This document shows, in pieces, positions 1-11,607 of a DNA stretch of 64,000 bases (positions are counted from its first letter, which is position 1; every line of letters begins with the position of its first letter). The notes under the pieces are model-generated. The model searched no databases. It was not told the DNA's origin and saw only the letters and a program-made list of their open reading frames with translations. This DNA comes from Hemiscyllium ocellatum (Eukaryota). The position numbers and the translations under genes were made by a program. The DNA is taken from NCBI RefSeq assembly GCF_020745735.1, contig NC_083435.1:36729090-36793089 (forward strand), given 5' to 3'.

Positions 1-372
1 AGCTGCAGCTCTTGTTTGACCGTGTGGTGGCTCTGGAAGTGCGGTTGGACTCACTGTGGGGCATCCGAGACACTGAGGAGGTCGTGGGTAGCACGTTTAG
101 TGAACTGGTCACACCGCAGGTTAGAACTGCTGAGGGTGACAGTGAATGGGTGACCAAAAGGCAGAAAAAGAGCAAGAAGGCAGTGCAGGTGTCCCCTGCG
201 GTCATCTCCCTCCAAAACAGGTATACCGCTTTGGATACTGTTGGGGGAGATGGCTCACCAGGGGAGGGCAGCAGTTTCCAGGATCATGGCACCGTGGTGG
301 GCACTGCTGTTCAGAAGGGCGGGAAAAAGACTTGTAGGGCCATAGTCAGAGGGGATTCTATTGTAAGGGGGA
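1..372 (+). mobile_element. CR1 LINE ORF1 fragment (leucine-zipper region to start of SGNH esterase)
   Basis: QLQLLFDRVVALEVRLDSL..., QNRYTALDTVGGD, GDSIVRG; parallels ORF1 of the CR1 at 5337-6252; homology stops at about 372. Confidence 0.85.
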
Positions 373-1123
373 TGGGTTCATGGGTTCATATTCCTCGGAG
401 GATCAGTGTGAACATGTTGGGCATAGAACCTGTTTCGACACAGTTGGGATTCTATTTTTAAAAAACCAAAAAAACGAGAGTTAAAGTTTCAAGAGAGTCC
501 ATGAGTCCTGAGACAACTCATCATCGGTGATGCTGCAGCGCTATCCCTCTCCCACTGCCTCGCCCACTCTCTACACTGGACCCAACCAACGTTGAAGCTG
601 CCACTCTTCAGGCGCCATCTTGTATATCTGGGCCAATTCTCCTCTGCCACCACCTTGCTGCCACCCGCACCGGATCCACCAACATCAGAGTCTCATCTCT
701 CACCATTTAGCCAACCTCATCAATGTCACTGTGAGGCCCTCCCACCACTGTATCTCCATCACTAGAGCTGGGTCCAACCAATGATGAAGTTACTGATCCT
801 CAGGTGCCACCTTTCGCTGCTGGGCCGACCCCACCAACATCGCCCCCGCTGGGTAGCAGCTGCCAATTCTGATGCCAGCTCCCCATGCTCGGCCCTGGTA
901 AAGTAAGTAAGCAAGGCTCACTTACCACCATCACAAGGTCCACACTAGGCCCAGTCGAGTCCACACTGGGATACCTTGCTGCTGCTGATGCTGTCCAAGC
1001 TCAGGAAAAGAGGTGAGTACGAACAGAACGACCAAAAAAATGGAAAAGCATTCAGAGGAGACGTGGAGCTATACTCTACCGCCATCTTGATGACACATTG
1101 TGCCTGTAATTTCTTTTTGAATA

Positions 1124-1518
1124 CATTAGATTCCCAATCATGTGGAAACAGGTCCTTCAGCCCAACAGGTCCACACCGACCCTCCGAAGAGTATCCACCC
1201 AGACCCATTTTTTTGTCTTTATCTTCCTGTCCGGGAGCAGTGGGAGACAGAGTGGAGGTGATGTTGGAGACCATGAACCCATTCCACATTACTCTACATT
1301 TACCCCTGACTAATGCACCTCACCCACATTCTCGAACACAATAGGCAATTTAACATGGCCACTTTACCTGACCTGCACATCTTTGGATTGGGGGAGGAAA
1401 CCCATGCAGACAAGGGGAGTATGTGCAAACTCCACACAGACAGTCGCCTGAGGCTGGAATCGAACCTGGGTGCCTGGCACTGGGAGGCAGCAGTGCTAAC
1501 CACTGAGTCACTGTGCCA
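1124..1518 (-). mobile_element. tRNA-derived SINE (HE1-like) carrying a 67-bp insertion
   Basis: Reverse strand has TGACTCAGTGG A-box and GGTTCGATTCC B-box; body matches copies at 21488 and 48862. Confidence 0.85.
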
Positions 1519-1649
1519 TCCCCTTGTTCTTAAAACTAATCAAAATGGCGTCAGATTGTGGTGACAGTGAAAAATCTTCTCACTGTATTTTACTGTTTTC
1601 TCACTGTAAAATACACATGACAATGAAATCATTAGTTCATTCACGTGAT

Positions 1650-1985
1650 AGGACTGGAGAGGGTGTAGAGGAGATTTACCAGGATATGCCTGGTCTAGAG
1701 ACCGGGGAATAGATATTATATAAGTCTGAGAACATCCACATTAATACTGAGAACGTTCCGAGGAGCTGTGAGGAAAAGTGGGTCGTGGGAATCTGGAACT
1801 CACTATCTGTTAGGATGTTGGGGCAGAAACCCTCATTAGCATTTAAGGAGTATTTAGATGTGCCCTTGTGATTCCAAGGCTGACAAGGCTATGGCCAAAT
1901 GCTTGAAAATGGGATGAGAACAGTTATTGGTTGTTGTTAACATGATGCGCTGAAGGGTCTCTCTCTGTGCTGCAGGCATCTCTGT
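1650..1985 (+). mobile_element. Degenerate CR1 3' fragment
   Basis: Similar to end of CR1 ORF2 and 3'UTR (gtagagg..tttacc..ggatatgcctgg; ctgaaggg..ctgtgctg). Confidence 0.6.
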
Positions 1986-2689
1986 CTCTGTCACCCCCAC
2001 ATCCCAGGAGCAGGTTAATGAGGTTAATGTGACCAGTGCTTATCGTTCACTCAACTGAATCTCCACTATACCCCACTCCAAGAACAGTCTGTCTGATGTG
2101 AGGTTTGATGTTCAGGACACAATGTCATTCTCTGGATAGAGTCTGACCGAAGGTGCACTTTGCCACTTTATATTGTAACCCCCTTGAGATAAAGGCCAAC
2201 ACTCTATTAACTTTCTGTGTTTTTTAATGAAACATGCATGAGATTTTTAATGATGTTTATACATGGCCTTGCTAAATGCATTATATTTAACCTCACAACA
2301 TAATCTCACAACAGCAGGAAAGGGTTCAGATTTGTCTTCCTCAGATCTAAAGTGGCTGATTGCACACTTCCCCACATTGGATAAAACGGAAGCAGATGGA
2401 ATTCACTCATTTACTCTGTTACTGTCCCTTGAGTCCGTCTCTTAACCTAGCGCCTTCTGTAAACATGGATATTATCCCCCTAGATTGGGACAACACGGTG
2501 TTTACACCCCCTTCAATAGGACCTTTAGGGACTTCACTGGAGAGTGAAACTGGGTGATGGTCAAACCAATGTTAAACCAATCCCATCAAGTCCCAACGGA
2601 CACGTTCTTTTCAATTGTCTCGAATTGACACGAATTGGGGACGGATCCAGGAACACAGATAATCCTGATGTTATTCAAATGTATTTCAG

Positions 2690-2797
2690 AAGTCCTGAAA
2701 AACAGTGCAGGATATGCTCATCTTGGAATTGTGATTGGATTAGTCGCTGCAATGGCTGCAATATTCGGAATAATCATCTGGAAAAAACCCTGGAGAG
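2690..2797 (+). CDS. Transmembrane exon of a type I membrane protein, probably MHC class I heavy chain
   Basis: tatttcag|...|gtaaga, 108 nt, phase 1-1: EVLKNSAGYAHLGIVIGLVAAMAAIFGIIIWKKPWR(G); hydrophobic span followed by WKK stop-transfer. Confidence 0.75.
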
Positions 2798-2963
2798 GTA
2801 AGAATCAGAGGGAGGGGAATGTGGAAGTGAGGGGACAGGGTGAGTGTGGGGGAATCTCCAGTACTGGGAGTACAGGGCACTGTGGAGAATGGAACTGAAT
2901 AAACCCCGACACACACATACACACGTATACACACGTCCTGTCCCATGTCTGACTTTCCTTCAG

Positions 2964-2981
2964 GTGATCGGCCCAGTCCAG
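2964..2981 (+). CDS. Possible 18-nt cytoplasmic mini-exon
   Basis: Strong acceptor ctttccttcag, phase 1-1 GDRPSP(G); donor gtccaa is weak. Confidence 0.35.
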
Positions 2982-3201
2982 GTCCAATATTGATCATTAA
3001 ACCCTTCACACACTCTCACCTCCTCACTGACTGAATATCAATGGGATGGGAGAGATCTCCAGCATCTCCATAAAAGGTTAGGATGGAAAGGAATGTGGGA
3101 GCTAGGATTTCTTACAGAACCTCAATTCCCTCACACTGTGTTGTCATCCTTTGAGAATGGAGTATTCCCCATTCTAATGGGCATTTATTTTGTTTCTGCA
3201 G

Positions 3202-3234
3202 GTTCACCAGGTGGGACCTACACAACAGCTCCCA
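3202..3234 (+). CDS. 33-nt cytoplasmic exon resembling class I exon 6 (Tyr motif)
   Basis: ttttgtttctgcag| then GSPGGTYTTAP; same length and G-x-x-G-G-[ST]-Y-x-x-A pattern as HLA exon 6 (GGKGGSYSQAA); donor position reads GGAAGT. Confidence 0.6.
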
Positions 3235-3732
3235 GGAAGTGACTGAGGGGACAGAATGTTGGGAATGATGGGAGAGGGATTTGCAAGTACAGAGTTACAT
3301 TGCACTGAGTGTTCCTCAGGCTGACACATCTGCCACCCTCCTCACTCTGAAGACCCTCAAACTCTTGTCTCTTATCCCACTTCTTCCTCATTTTCACACC
3401 TTCTTCCCCCCTCATTCGTCTCCATCCAATTCTTTGCTTTTTCATCCGTTATCCCCCATCCATCACCAGTCAGTTCCTGTTCCCTCAGGCCCCAGTGTCC
3501 CACTGCCTCACCCTTCACTTCCCCATCCCCCACACTGCACTCCCTCAACCCCACCATCCACTCTCTCCCTCCAATCCCTCTTCCTCCACTCCCTTTGTGC
3601 TGTGCCCCCTGGGTCTGGTTTGTTCATGCTGAGGGGAATTGAATCCTGGGTCCTGTGACTGAGCGACAATAACTCAAAATGGTCACGTTTATATTTTGTT
3701 CCATTTCTCACGGTCTGATTTTATTTTCTCAG

Positions 3733-3768
3733 CTTCTGATATGTCTGTTCCAGCTCCTTCATGATTCG
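3733..3768 (+). CDS. Last coding exon of the putative class I tail
   Basis: ttattttctcag|(T)SDMSVPAPS* (TGA 3762-3764) then ttcg|gtgagt donor. Confidence 0.5.
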
Positions 3769-3821
3769 GTGAGTGACATTTTAATGTAGCTCCAGTGATA
3801 GGTAACATTTTCACGCCCCAC

Positions 3822-4999
3822 CTGACCCTGTCCCACCCTCCCAGTCACTGTTAAACTCTGTCAGACTAATTCTCCTCCCCCCACACCCTGTCCCACCCTC
3901 CCAGACACTGTTAAACCCTGTCAGACTAATTCCCCTCCCCTCCTGACCCTGTCCCACCCTCCCAGACACTGTTAAACCCTGTCAGACTAATTCCCCTCCC
4001 CTCCTGACCCTGTCCCACCCTCCCAGACACTATTAAACCCTGTCAGACTAACCCCCCTCCCCTCCTGACCCTGTCCCACCCTCCCAGTCACTGTTAAACT
4101 CTGTAAGACTAATTCCCCTCCCCCCACACCCTGTCCCACCCTCCCAGACACTGTTAAACTCTGTCAGACTAATTCCCCTCCCCCCACACCCTGTCCCACC
4201 CTCCCAAACACTGTCAAACCCTGTCAGACTGATTCCCCTCTCCTCCTCACCCTGTCCCACCCTCCCAGACACTGTTAAACCCTGTCAGACTAATACCCCT
4301 CCCCTCCTGACACTGTCCCACCCCCCCAGACACTGTTAAACCCTGTCAGACTAATTCCCCTCGCTCCCTGCCCCTGTCTCACCCTCCCAGACACTGTTAA
4401 ACCCTGTCAAACTAATTCGCCTCCCCTCCTGACACTGTCCCACCCTCCCAGACACTGTTAAACCCTGTCAGACTCATGCCTCTCCCTTCCTGACCCTGTC
4501 CCATCCTCCCAGACAGTGTTAAACGCTGTCAGATTGATGCCCCTCCCCTCCTGACCCTGTCCCACCCTCCCAGACCCTGTTAAACCCTGTCAGAATAATT
4601 CCCCTCCCCTCCTGACCCTGTCCCACCCTCCCAGACCCTGTTAAACCCTGTCAGAATAATTCCCCTCCCCTCCTGACCCTGTCCCACCCTCCCAGACCCT
4701 GTTAAACCCTGTCAGAATAATTCCCCTCCCCTCCTGACCCTGTCCCACCCTCCCAGACCCTGTTAAACCCTGTCAGAATAATTCCCCTCCCCTCCTGACC
4801 CTGTCCCGCCTTCCCAAACACTGTTAAGCCCTGTCAGACTAATTCTCCTCCCTTCCTGACCATGTCCCACCCTTCCAGTCAGTGTTAAACCCTACCAGAC
4901 TAATTTCCCTGACCCTGACCCACCCTCCCAGACACTGTTAAACCCTGCCAGACTAATTCCCCATCCCTCCTCACCCTATCTCACCCTCCCAGACACTGT
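3822..4999. repeat. 61-bp minisatellite, about 19 copies
   Basis: Unit ctgaccctgtcccaccctcccagacactgttaaaccctgtcagactaattcccctcccctc; register shifts by one base per 60-nt line. Confidence 0.95.
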
Positions 5000-5336
5000 T
5001 GTCTCTCTCGGCGGACCAAGTAACGGCTGTGTGGTGGTGTTTTTGAAGTCGCGGGGTAAGTCCAGTTCGTGTTTTTTTTTAAACAGCTAAAAGTTTTAAA
5101 GTTTTTTTTAAAGTGCCTGGCGGACCCGGAAGCTGGTGTCGCGCTAGGTTACCTGGGTAGGGTTTTTTTCTTATATAAGCGCGCAGGCGAGGAACCCGAG
5201 GCACTACAGGGGTAGAGCCTTCCACCCGCCCTCCTCCTCTAACCTAATAATAAGACCCGTTGTGGCAAGCAGGTAAGTGCTGCATTTTGCTTGTTTGTTT
5301 CTTTAGATTTAGTTTTAAAGCTTACTTTTTAGAGGG

Positions 5337-6252
5337 ATGGCAGTGCAGGCAGTGCAATGTTCCTCTTGCAACATGTATGAGGTGAGGGAAGCCATTAGCA
5401 TCCCTGCTGATTACACTTGCAAGAAGTGCATCCATCTCCAGCTCCTCCAAGACCGCGTTAGGGAACTGGAGCTGGAGTTGGATGAACTGCGGATCATTCG
5501 GGAGGCAGAAGGGGGTCATAGATCAGAGCTTTAGGGAAGTAGTTACACCGAAAGTTATAGACAGATGGGTGACAGTGAGGGGGAGTGGGAGGAACCAGCC
5601 AGTGCAGGGACCCCCTGCGGTCATTCCCCTCAAGAACAAGTATACCGTTTTGGATACTTGTGGGGGGGATGACTTATCAGGGGTAAGCAACGAGGTTCAG
5701 GCCTCTGGCACGGAGCCTGTCCCCATTGCTCAGAAGGGAAGGGTGGAGAAAGGTAGAGCGATAGTTCTTGGGGACTCAATAGTGAGGGTACAGATAGGCG
5801 GTTTTGTGGGGGCGACAGAGACTCACGATTGGTATGTTGCCTCCCAGGTGCAAGGGTACGTGATGTCTCTGATCGTGTTTTCCGGGTCCTGAAGGGGGAG
5901 GGGGAGCAGCCCCAGATCGTGGTCCACGTTGGCACCAACGACATAGGTAGGAAGAGGGGTGAGGATGTCAGGCAGGCTTTCAGGGAGCTAGGTTGGAAGC
6001 TCAGAGCTAGAACAAACAGAGTTGTTGTCTCTGGTTTGTTACCCGTGCCACATGATAGAGAGTCGAGGAATAGGGAGAGAGAGCAGTTAAATGCGTGGCT
6101 ACAGGGATGGTGCAGGAGGGAGGGATTCCGGTTTCTGGACAACTGGGGTTCTTTCTGGGGAAGGTGGGACAGGATGGTCTACACCTGAACCTGAGGGGCA
6201 CCAGTATCCTTGGGGGGAGGTTTGCTAGTGCTCTTTGGGAGGGTTTAAACTA
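5337..6252 (+). pseudogene. CR1 ORF1 (CxxC zinc finger, leucine zipper, SGNH esterase), frameshifted
   Basis: CSSC..CKKC, LELELDEL, GDSIVR, VHVGTNDIG spread over three frames; shifts near 5512, 5787 and 6170. Confidence 0.85.
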
Positions 6253-9138
6253 ACTCCGCAAGGGCATCGGAACCTGGACTGTAGCTTTAGGGTACAGGAC
6301 CTTGAGTGTAGGGAGGTTAGGAACAAGGCATCGATCTCGAAGGAGGGTGCCTGTAAACAGGAAGGTGGCTTGAAGCGTGTATACTTCAATGCCAGAAGTA
6401 TAAGAAATAAGGTAGGTGAACTTGCAGCGTGGGTTTGTACCTGGGACTTCGATGTTGTGGCCATTACAGAGACGTGGGTAGAACAGGGACAGGAATGGCT
6501 GTTGCAGGTTCCAGGGTTTAAATGTTTTAGTAGGGTCAGAGATGGGGGTAAAAGAGGGGGAGGTGTGGCATTACTAGTCAAAGATAGTATTACAGCGGTG
6601 GAAAGGACGATGGAGGAAGACTTGCCATCTGAGGTAGTTTGGGCTGAGGTTAGAAATAGGAAAGGTGAGGTCACCCTGTTAGGTGTTTTCTACAGGCCTC
6701 CTAATAGTCCGAGAGAAGTAGAGGATAGTATTGCGAGGATGATTCAGGAGACGAGTGAAAGTAGCAGGGTGGTTGTTATGGGGGACTTTAACTTCCCAGA
6801 TATTGACTGGGAAAGCTATAGCTCGAGTTCGTTAGATGGATCGGTGTTTGTCCAATGTGTGCAGGAGGGTTTCCTGACACAATATGTAGACAGGCCAACA
6901 AGAGGTGAGGCAACACTGGATTTGGTTCTAGGTAATGAACCAGTCCAGGTGTTAGACTTGGAGGTAGGTGAGCACTTCGGGGACAGTGACCACAACTCGG
7001 TGACTTTTACTTTAGTGATGGAGAGGGATAAGTGTGCACTGCAGGGCAAGAGTTATAGCTGGGGGCAGGGAAATTATGATGCGGTGAGGCATGACTTAGG
7101 ATGCGTGGATTGGAAAAACAGGCTTCAAGATAAGAACACTAATGATATGTGGAGATTGTTCAAGGAACAGCTATTGAGTGTCCTTGATAAGTATGTACCA
7201 GTCAGGCAGGGAGTAAAGGGTCTTATGAGGGAGCCGTGGTTTAATAAGGAATTGGAATCCCTTGTAAAAGGGAAGAGGGCGGCCTATGTAAGGATGAGGC
7301 GTGAAGGTTCAGTTGGGGCGATTGAGAGTTATAAGGTAGCCAGGAAGGATCTAAAGAGAGAGCTAAGAGCAGCGAGAAGGGGACATGAAAAGTCCTTAGT
7401 TGGTAGGATTAGGGAAAACCCAAAAGCTTTCTATAGGTTTGTCAGGAATAAAAGGATGACTAGGGTAGGTATCGGTCCAGTCAAGGATAGTAGTGGGAAG
7501 TTGTGCGTGGAGGCGGAGGAGATTGGAGAGACACTAAATCAATACTTTTCGTCAGTATTCACTCAGGAACAGGACACTGTTGCTGGTGTGAATATTGAGT
7601 CACAAGTGATTAGAATGGATGGCATTGAAGTATGTAGGGAAGAGGTTTTGGGAATACTGGAAAGGATGAAAATAGATAAGTCTCCTGGGCCTGATGGCAT
7701 TTACCCTAGGATCCTCTGGGAAGCTAGGGAGGAGATAGCAGAGCCATTGGTCTTGATTTTTATGTCGTCATTATCAACGGGAATAGTACCAGAAGACTGG
7801 AGGATAGCGAATGTGGTCCCCTTGTTCAAGAAGGGGAGTAGGGATAGCCCGAGTAACTATAGGCCAGTGAGTCTCACTTCTGTGGTGGGCAAAGTCTTAG
7901 AGAGAATTGTAAGGGATAAGATTTATGAACATCTGGATAGGAATAATGTGATCAAGGATAGTCAGCATGGTTTTGTGACGGGCAGGTCGTGCCTCACAAA
8001 CCTTATTGAGTTCTTTGAGAAGGTGACTAAGGAGGTGGACGAGGGTAAAGCAGTAGATGTGGTGTATATGGATTTTAGCAAGGCTTTCGATAAGGTACCC
8101 CATGGTAGGCTAATGCTAAAACTACGGAGGTATGGCATTGAGGGTGCATTAGAGGTTTGGATTAGGAATTGGCTGGCTGGAAGGAGACAGAGGGTAGTAG
8201 TTGATGGACTAGGTTCATCTTGGAGTGCAGTTACTAGCGGTGTACCACAAGGATCTGTTTTGGGACCATTGCTGTTTGTTATCTTTATAAATGATCTAGA
8301 GGAGGGGCTTGAAAGCTGGGTGAGCAAGTTTGCGGATGACACAAAAGTCGGTGGAGTTGTGGACAGTGAAGAAGGATGTGGCAGGTTACAGCGGGATATA
8401 GACAAGTTGCAGAGCTGGGCAGAAAGGTGGCAAATGAAATTCAATGTAACTAAGTGTGAAGTCATTCACTTTGGTAGGAGTAACAAGAAGATGGATTACT
8501 GGGCTAATGGTAGGCTACTTGGTAGTGTGGATGAGCAGAGGGATCTTGGTGTCCATGTACACAGATCTCTGAAAGTTGCCACCCAGGTAAATAGTGCTGT
8601 GAGGAAGGCATATGGTGTACTGGGCTTTATTGGTAGAGGAATTGAGTTCCGGAGTCCTGAGGTCATGTTGCAGTTGTATAAGACTCTGGTGTGGGCTCAT
8701 CTGGAGTATTGTGTGCAGTTTTGGTCGCCATACTATAGGAAGGATGTGGAGGCATTGGAACGAGTGCAGAGGAGATTTACCAGAATGTTGCCTGGCATGG
8801 TAGGAAAATCGTATGAGGAAAGACTGAGGCACTTGGGGCTGTTCTCATTGGAGAAAAGAAGGTTTAAGGGAGATTTGATAGAGGTGTATAAGATGATTAG
8901 GGGTTTAGATAGGGTAGACACTGAGAACCTTTTACCGCTAATGGAGTCAGCTGTTACTAGGGGACACAGCTTTAAATTAAGGGGTGGTAGGTATAGGACA
9001 GATGTTAGGGGTAGATTTTTTACTCAGCGGGTTGTGAGTTCATGGAATGCCCTGCCAGTAGCAGTGGTGAACTCTCCCTCTTTATGGTCATTTAATCGGG
9101 CATTGGATAAGCACATAGAAGTTATTGGGCTAGTGTAG
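6235..9138 (+). CDS. CR1 ORF2, APE endonuclease plus reverse transcriptase, open for 967 codons
   Basis: YFNARS, GDFN, SDHN (endonuclease); KSPGPDG, QHGF, DFSKAFDKV, GVPQGSVLGP, FADD (RT); nominal first codon is TTG, true start uncertain. Confidence 0.95.
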   Translation: MGGFKLTPQGHRNLDCSFRVQDLECREVRNKASISKEGACKQEGGLKRVYFNARSIRNKVGELAAWVCTWDFDVVAITETWVEQGQEWLLQVPGFKCFSRVRDGGKRGGGVALLVKDSITAVERTMEEDLPSEVVWAEVRNRKGEVTLLGVFYRPPNSPREVEDSIARMIQETSESSRVVVMGDFNFPDIDWESYSSSSLDGSVFVQCVQEGFLTQYVDRPTRGEATLDLVLGNEPVQVLDLEVGEHFGDSDHNSVTFTLVMERDKCALQGKSYSWGQGNYDAVRHDLGCVDWKNRLQDKNTNDMWRLFKEQLLSVLDKYVPVRQGVKGLMREPWFNKELESLVKGKRAAYVRMRREGSVGAIESYKVARKDLKRELRAARRGHEKSLVGRIRENPKAFYRFVRNKRMTRVGIGPVKDSSGKLCVEAEEIGETLNQYFSSVFTQEQDTVAGVNIESQVIRMDGIEVCREEVLGILERMKIDKSPGPDGIYPRILWEAREEIAEPLVLIFMSSLSTGIVPEDWRIANVVPLFKKGSRDSPSNYRPVSLTSVVGKVLERIVRDKIYEHLDRNNVIKDSQHGFVTGRSCLTNLIEFFEKVTKEVDEGKAVDVVYMDFSKAFDKVPHGRLMLKLRRYGIEGALEVWIRNWLAGRRQRVVVDGLGSSWSAVTSGVPQGSVLGPLLFVIFINDLEEGLESWVSKFADDTKVGGVVDSEEGCGRLQRDIDKLQSWAERWQMKFNVTKCEVIHFGRSNKKMDYWANGRLLGSVDEQRDLGVHVHRSLKVATQVNSAVRKAYGVLGFIGRGIEFRSPEVMLQLYKTLVWAHLEYCVQFWSPYYRKDVEALERVQRRFTRMLPGMVGKSYEERLRHLGLFSLEKRRFKGDLIEVYKMIRGLDRVDTENLLPLMESAVTRGHSFKLRGGRYRTDVRGRFFTQRVVSSWNALPVAVVNSPSLWSFNRALDKHIEVIGLV

Positions 9139-9782
9139 GTTAGGTAGGATTTGGTCGGTGCAACATCGAGGGCTGAAGGGCCTGTACTGCTGTATTTTTC
9201 TATGTTCTAAAATGAACCTAGATTTCAGTGGGCTGAGTATTTTAACTAATCATTTCCTAGCTTTGATTTGATTTCATTTGATTTATTTGTTGTGATGTGT
9301 TTTTTTGTTACAAAATACAGTAAAAAGTGTTGTATGGTGTTACCATTCACTGGCATCATCTTAAAACACACACAAAAACCCAAAGCATTGAATATTCAGG
9401 CAGCAAAATAAAGGAAACCATGTTCAACTTGACAGTCCCTCTTGTTCACTGCCTCCCCCATGGACCTGGGGATGAGGTACAAGGCCCCCTTTGCCAAGCT
9501 GCTGCTGGCACGGAAGTGTCTACCCTTCAGCATGGTCTTGCCCCCCCACCCCCCCACTGAGACCCTCACCATGTTCTACTGGGTGGGGGATGCTTCCAGA
9601 TTCCCGAGATAAGTGATGACAAAGTGCAAGTGAATTCTATCATCACTGACCTTTCATCATCATCATCATCAACTGGAATGGCGGAGGGGATGGTCCATCT
9701 TGGTTTCATTTTGACAAACCCATTTTCAGAAATGTCCATTTTCAACTGTAAAATAAAAACATCAAACCCTGGAACAGCTCAA

Positions 9783-10058
9783 TGACACAGTGGCTCAGGG
9801 GTTAGCACTGCTGCCTCACAGCACCAGAGACCGCGGTTCGATTCCAGTCCCAGACAACTGTTTTCGTGGCGTTGGCATGTCCTCCCAGTGTCTGCGTGGG
9901 TTTCCTCCCACAGCCCAATGATGTGCAGGTTCGGTTAATTGTCCATTCTGTTTAGGGATGTGAAGGTTAGGTTCATTCGTCAGGGCAAATGTACAGCAAT
10001 TGATTGGAGGGGAGGTGGGTTACCCTTCAGAGGGTCGAAAGGCCTGTTCTCACAGTGT
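9783..10058 (+). mobile_element. tRNA-derived SINE, degenerate
   Basis: cacagtggctcaggggttagcactgctgcctcacagc..ggttcgattcc head. Confidence 0.8.
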
Positions 10059-11101
10059 CGGGGTTCGATAATCTGGCAGCATCAATGGAAACAGAGCAAA
10101 CAGTTTGAGTCTGATTTGACTTTTCAGAACTGGTTCAGAAGAAGCCTCATATCAAACTTGAAACATTACCTCTGTTCCGCGTGCTGCCAGACTTGGAGTT
10201 TCTCCATCAATTTTTTTGTTTTTATTTCAGATTTCCAGCATTGGTAACATTTTGCTTTTGGAATTTTCAGATAATCTGACTCCACATTATATCAATAAAT
10301 GTCACTGTCCACAGTCAGGGTTGTATCTCAGCGACAGTCCTGGAGCGTCAAGTTCTGGATCTAACTCTCCTCCCTACCAAGCGAGAACACTGTTATCTAG
10401 CTGAGAATTACCCAGCTATGTCCTGCTGCACAAATGTTTCACCAACTCAAGCTGTCCAATAGCAATTTCCAGACAATTATGAAATTAATGATGTATTCAG
10501 TATTTAATATTTAAAATGCAAAATGCATACAGTTCCCAACTTTGAAATCCACTATAATCACCCAGTTTTAGTCCCTCAATTTAAATCCAAAATTAGTTTT
10601 CTTCAGTAGTCCTGACCAATCATTGCTCAATTACAATGTTATAAGTCGTGAAATAATCAGAGCTGCCTTAGAAGGATTTGTCTGTTCAAGTTAAAAAACT
10701 TCTACTGCATGAACAATGGCTGAATCCAAGGTCACCGATATTAACCAGAGGATATTTTTTATTACAATCTAATGTTGAACTGAAACTTCACCTGTCCTCC
10801 ATGAATCGCTTTTATGTAAGGATAAAAGGGATTAGTTAGACACTGATAGTAAGGCAGTCATGACCTGTAAAAAGAACAGGAGTTAACATTTTATTTCATA
10901 ATCACTGTAAAATCCTTAACCTTAAAAGAAATCATGTTAAATTTCCATAATAGAAATCAGATTCAAAACAGTCCCGGATCTCAAGCTCCTGGGAACAAAG
11001 TACAAACACTCAATCACCAACAAACAAATGTGCATTCAAACTGAATCACAAAGGGTTAAACTTTCTACCAGGTGTACAGCTCTTTTCTCTCTCTCTCTTT
11101 C

Positions 11102-11130
11102 TCACACACAGTCACACAGTCACACACAGT

Positions 11131-11158
<28 letters not shown>
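11102..11158. repeat. (CA)n microsatellite with CAGT interruptions
   Basis: Direct reading. Confidence 0.9.
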
Positions 11159-11162
<4 letters not shown>

Positions 11163-11279
11163 CCCACAGACACTTTCTGAGCTTCCCACAACAGCACCTC
11201 TAGGTGCTCCTTGCTTCCCCCCTCTATCTTTTGAATATTTTTCTGGATGTCTGGCCATGAGTTAGTTACAAGGTGTACC

Positions 11280-11607
11280 CTCAGTAGCCCTTCAGCTACG
11301 AGCCCTTCCAACTTGAAGCATAATCTGATCCCTCCTGACTGAAAGGCTGTTTTCCATTGACATATAGATTCAATCACTTACAAACCCAGTCTTCGTCCGA
11401 CCCATCCTTTGGCCAGAAGATGGTGGGACAAAGAATGGATTCCTTAGTCCACACAAAGCAACAATATTTCATCATCTTTTTCTTATCTTTTCCCCTTGTC
11501 CAATTTTTCAACATCCATCCCGAGTGTGGACTTTCTGGAGGGATATCTTCTGGGAATTCTTTCCCCTTTATCCCAGGTGCCTCATTTTTGCTTCCTTTGC
11601 CTCCCAT
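11280..11607 (-). mobile_element. gag: Endogenous retrovirus gag matrix relic (class I, gamma/epsilon-like)
   Basis: MGGKGSK..IPPESP..MLKNW..KDKKKMMKYCCFVW..FWPKDGSDEDWVCK*LNLYVN..PFSQEGSDYASSW; MG myristoylation-type start; in-frame TGA at 11374-11376. Confidence 0.7.

Larger units (their letters stand above)
5000..9210 (+). mobile_element. Near full-length CR1 LINE (5'UTR, ORF1, ORF2, short tail)
   Basis: GC-rich 5'UTR, ORF1 zinc finger/zipper/esterase, overlapping ORF2, tail ttttctatgttcta. Confidence 0.95.

Noticed and set aside
7897-8921. Antisense ORFs in CR1 ORF2
   Set aside because: Shadow frames that recur opposite every CR1 copy
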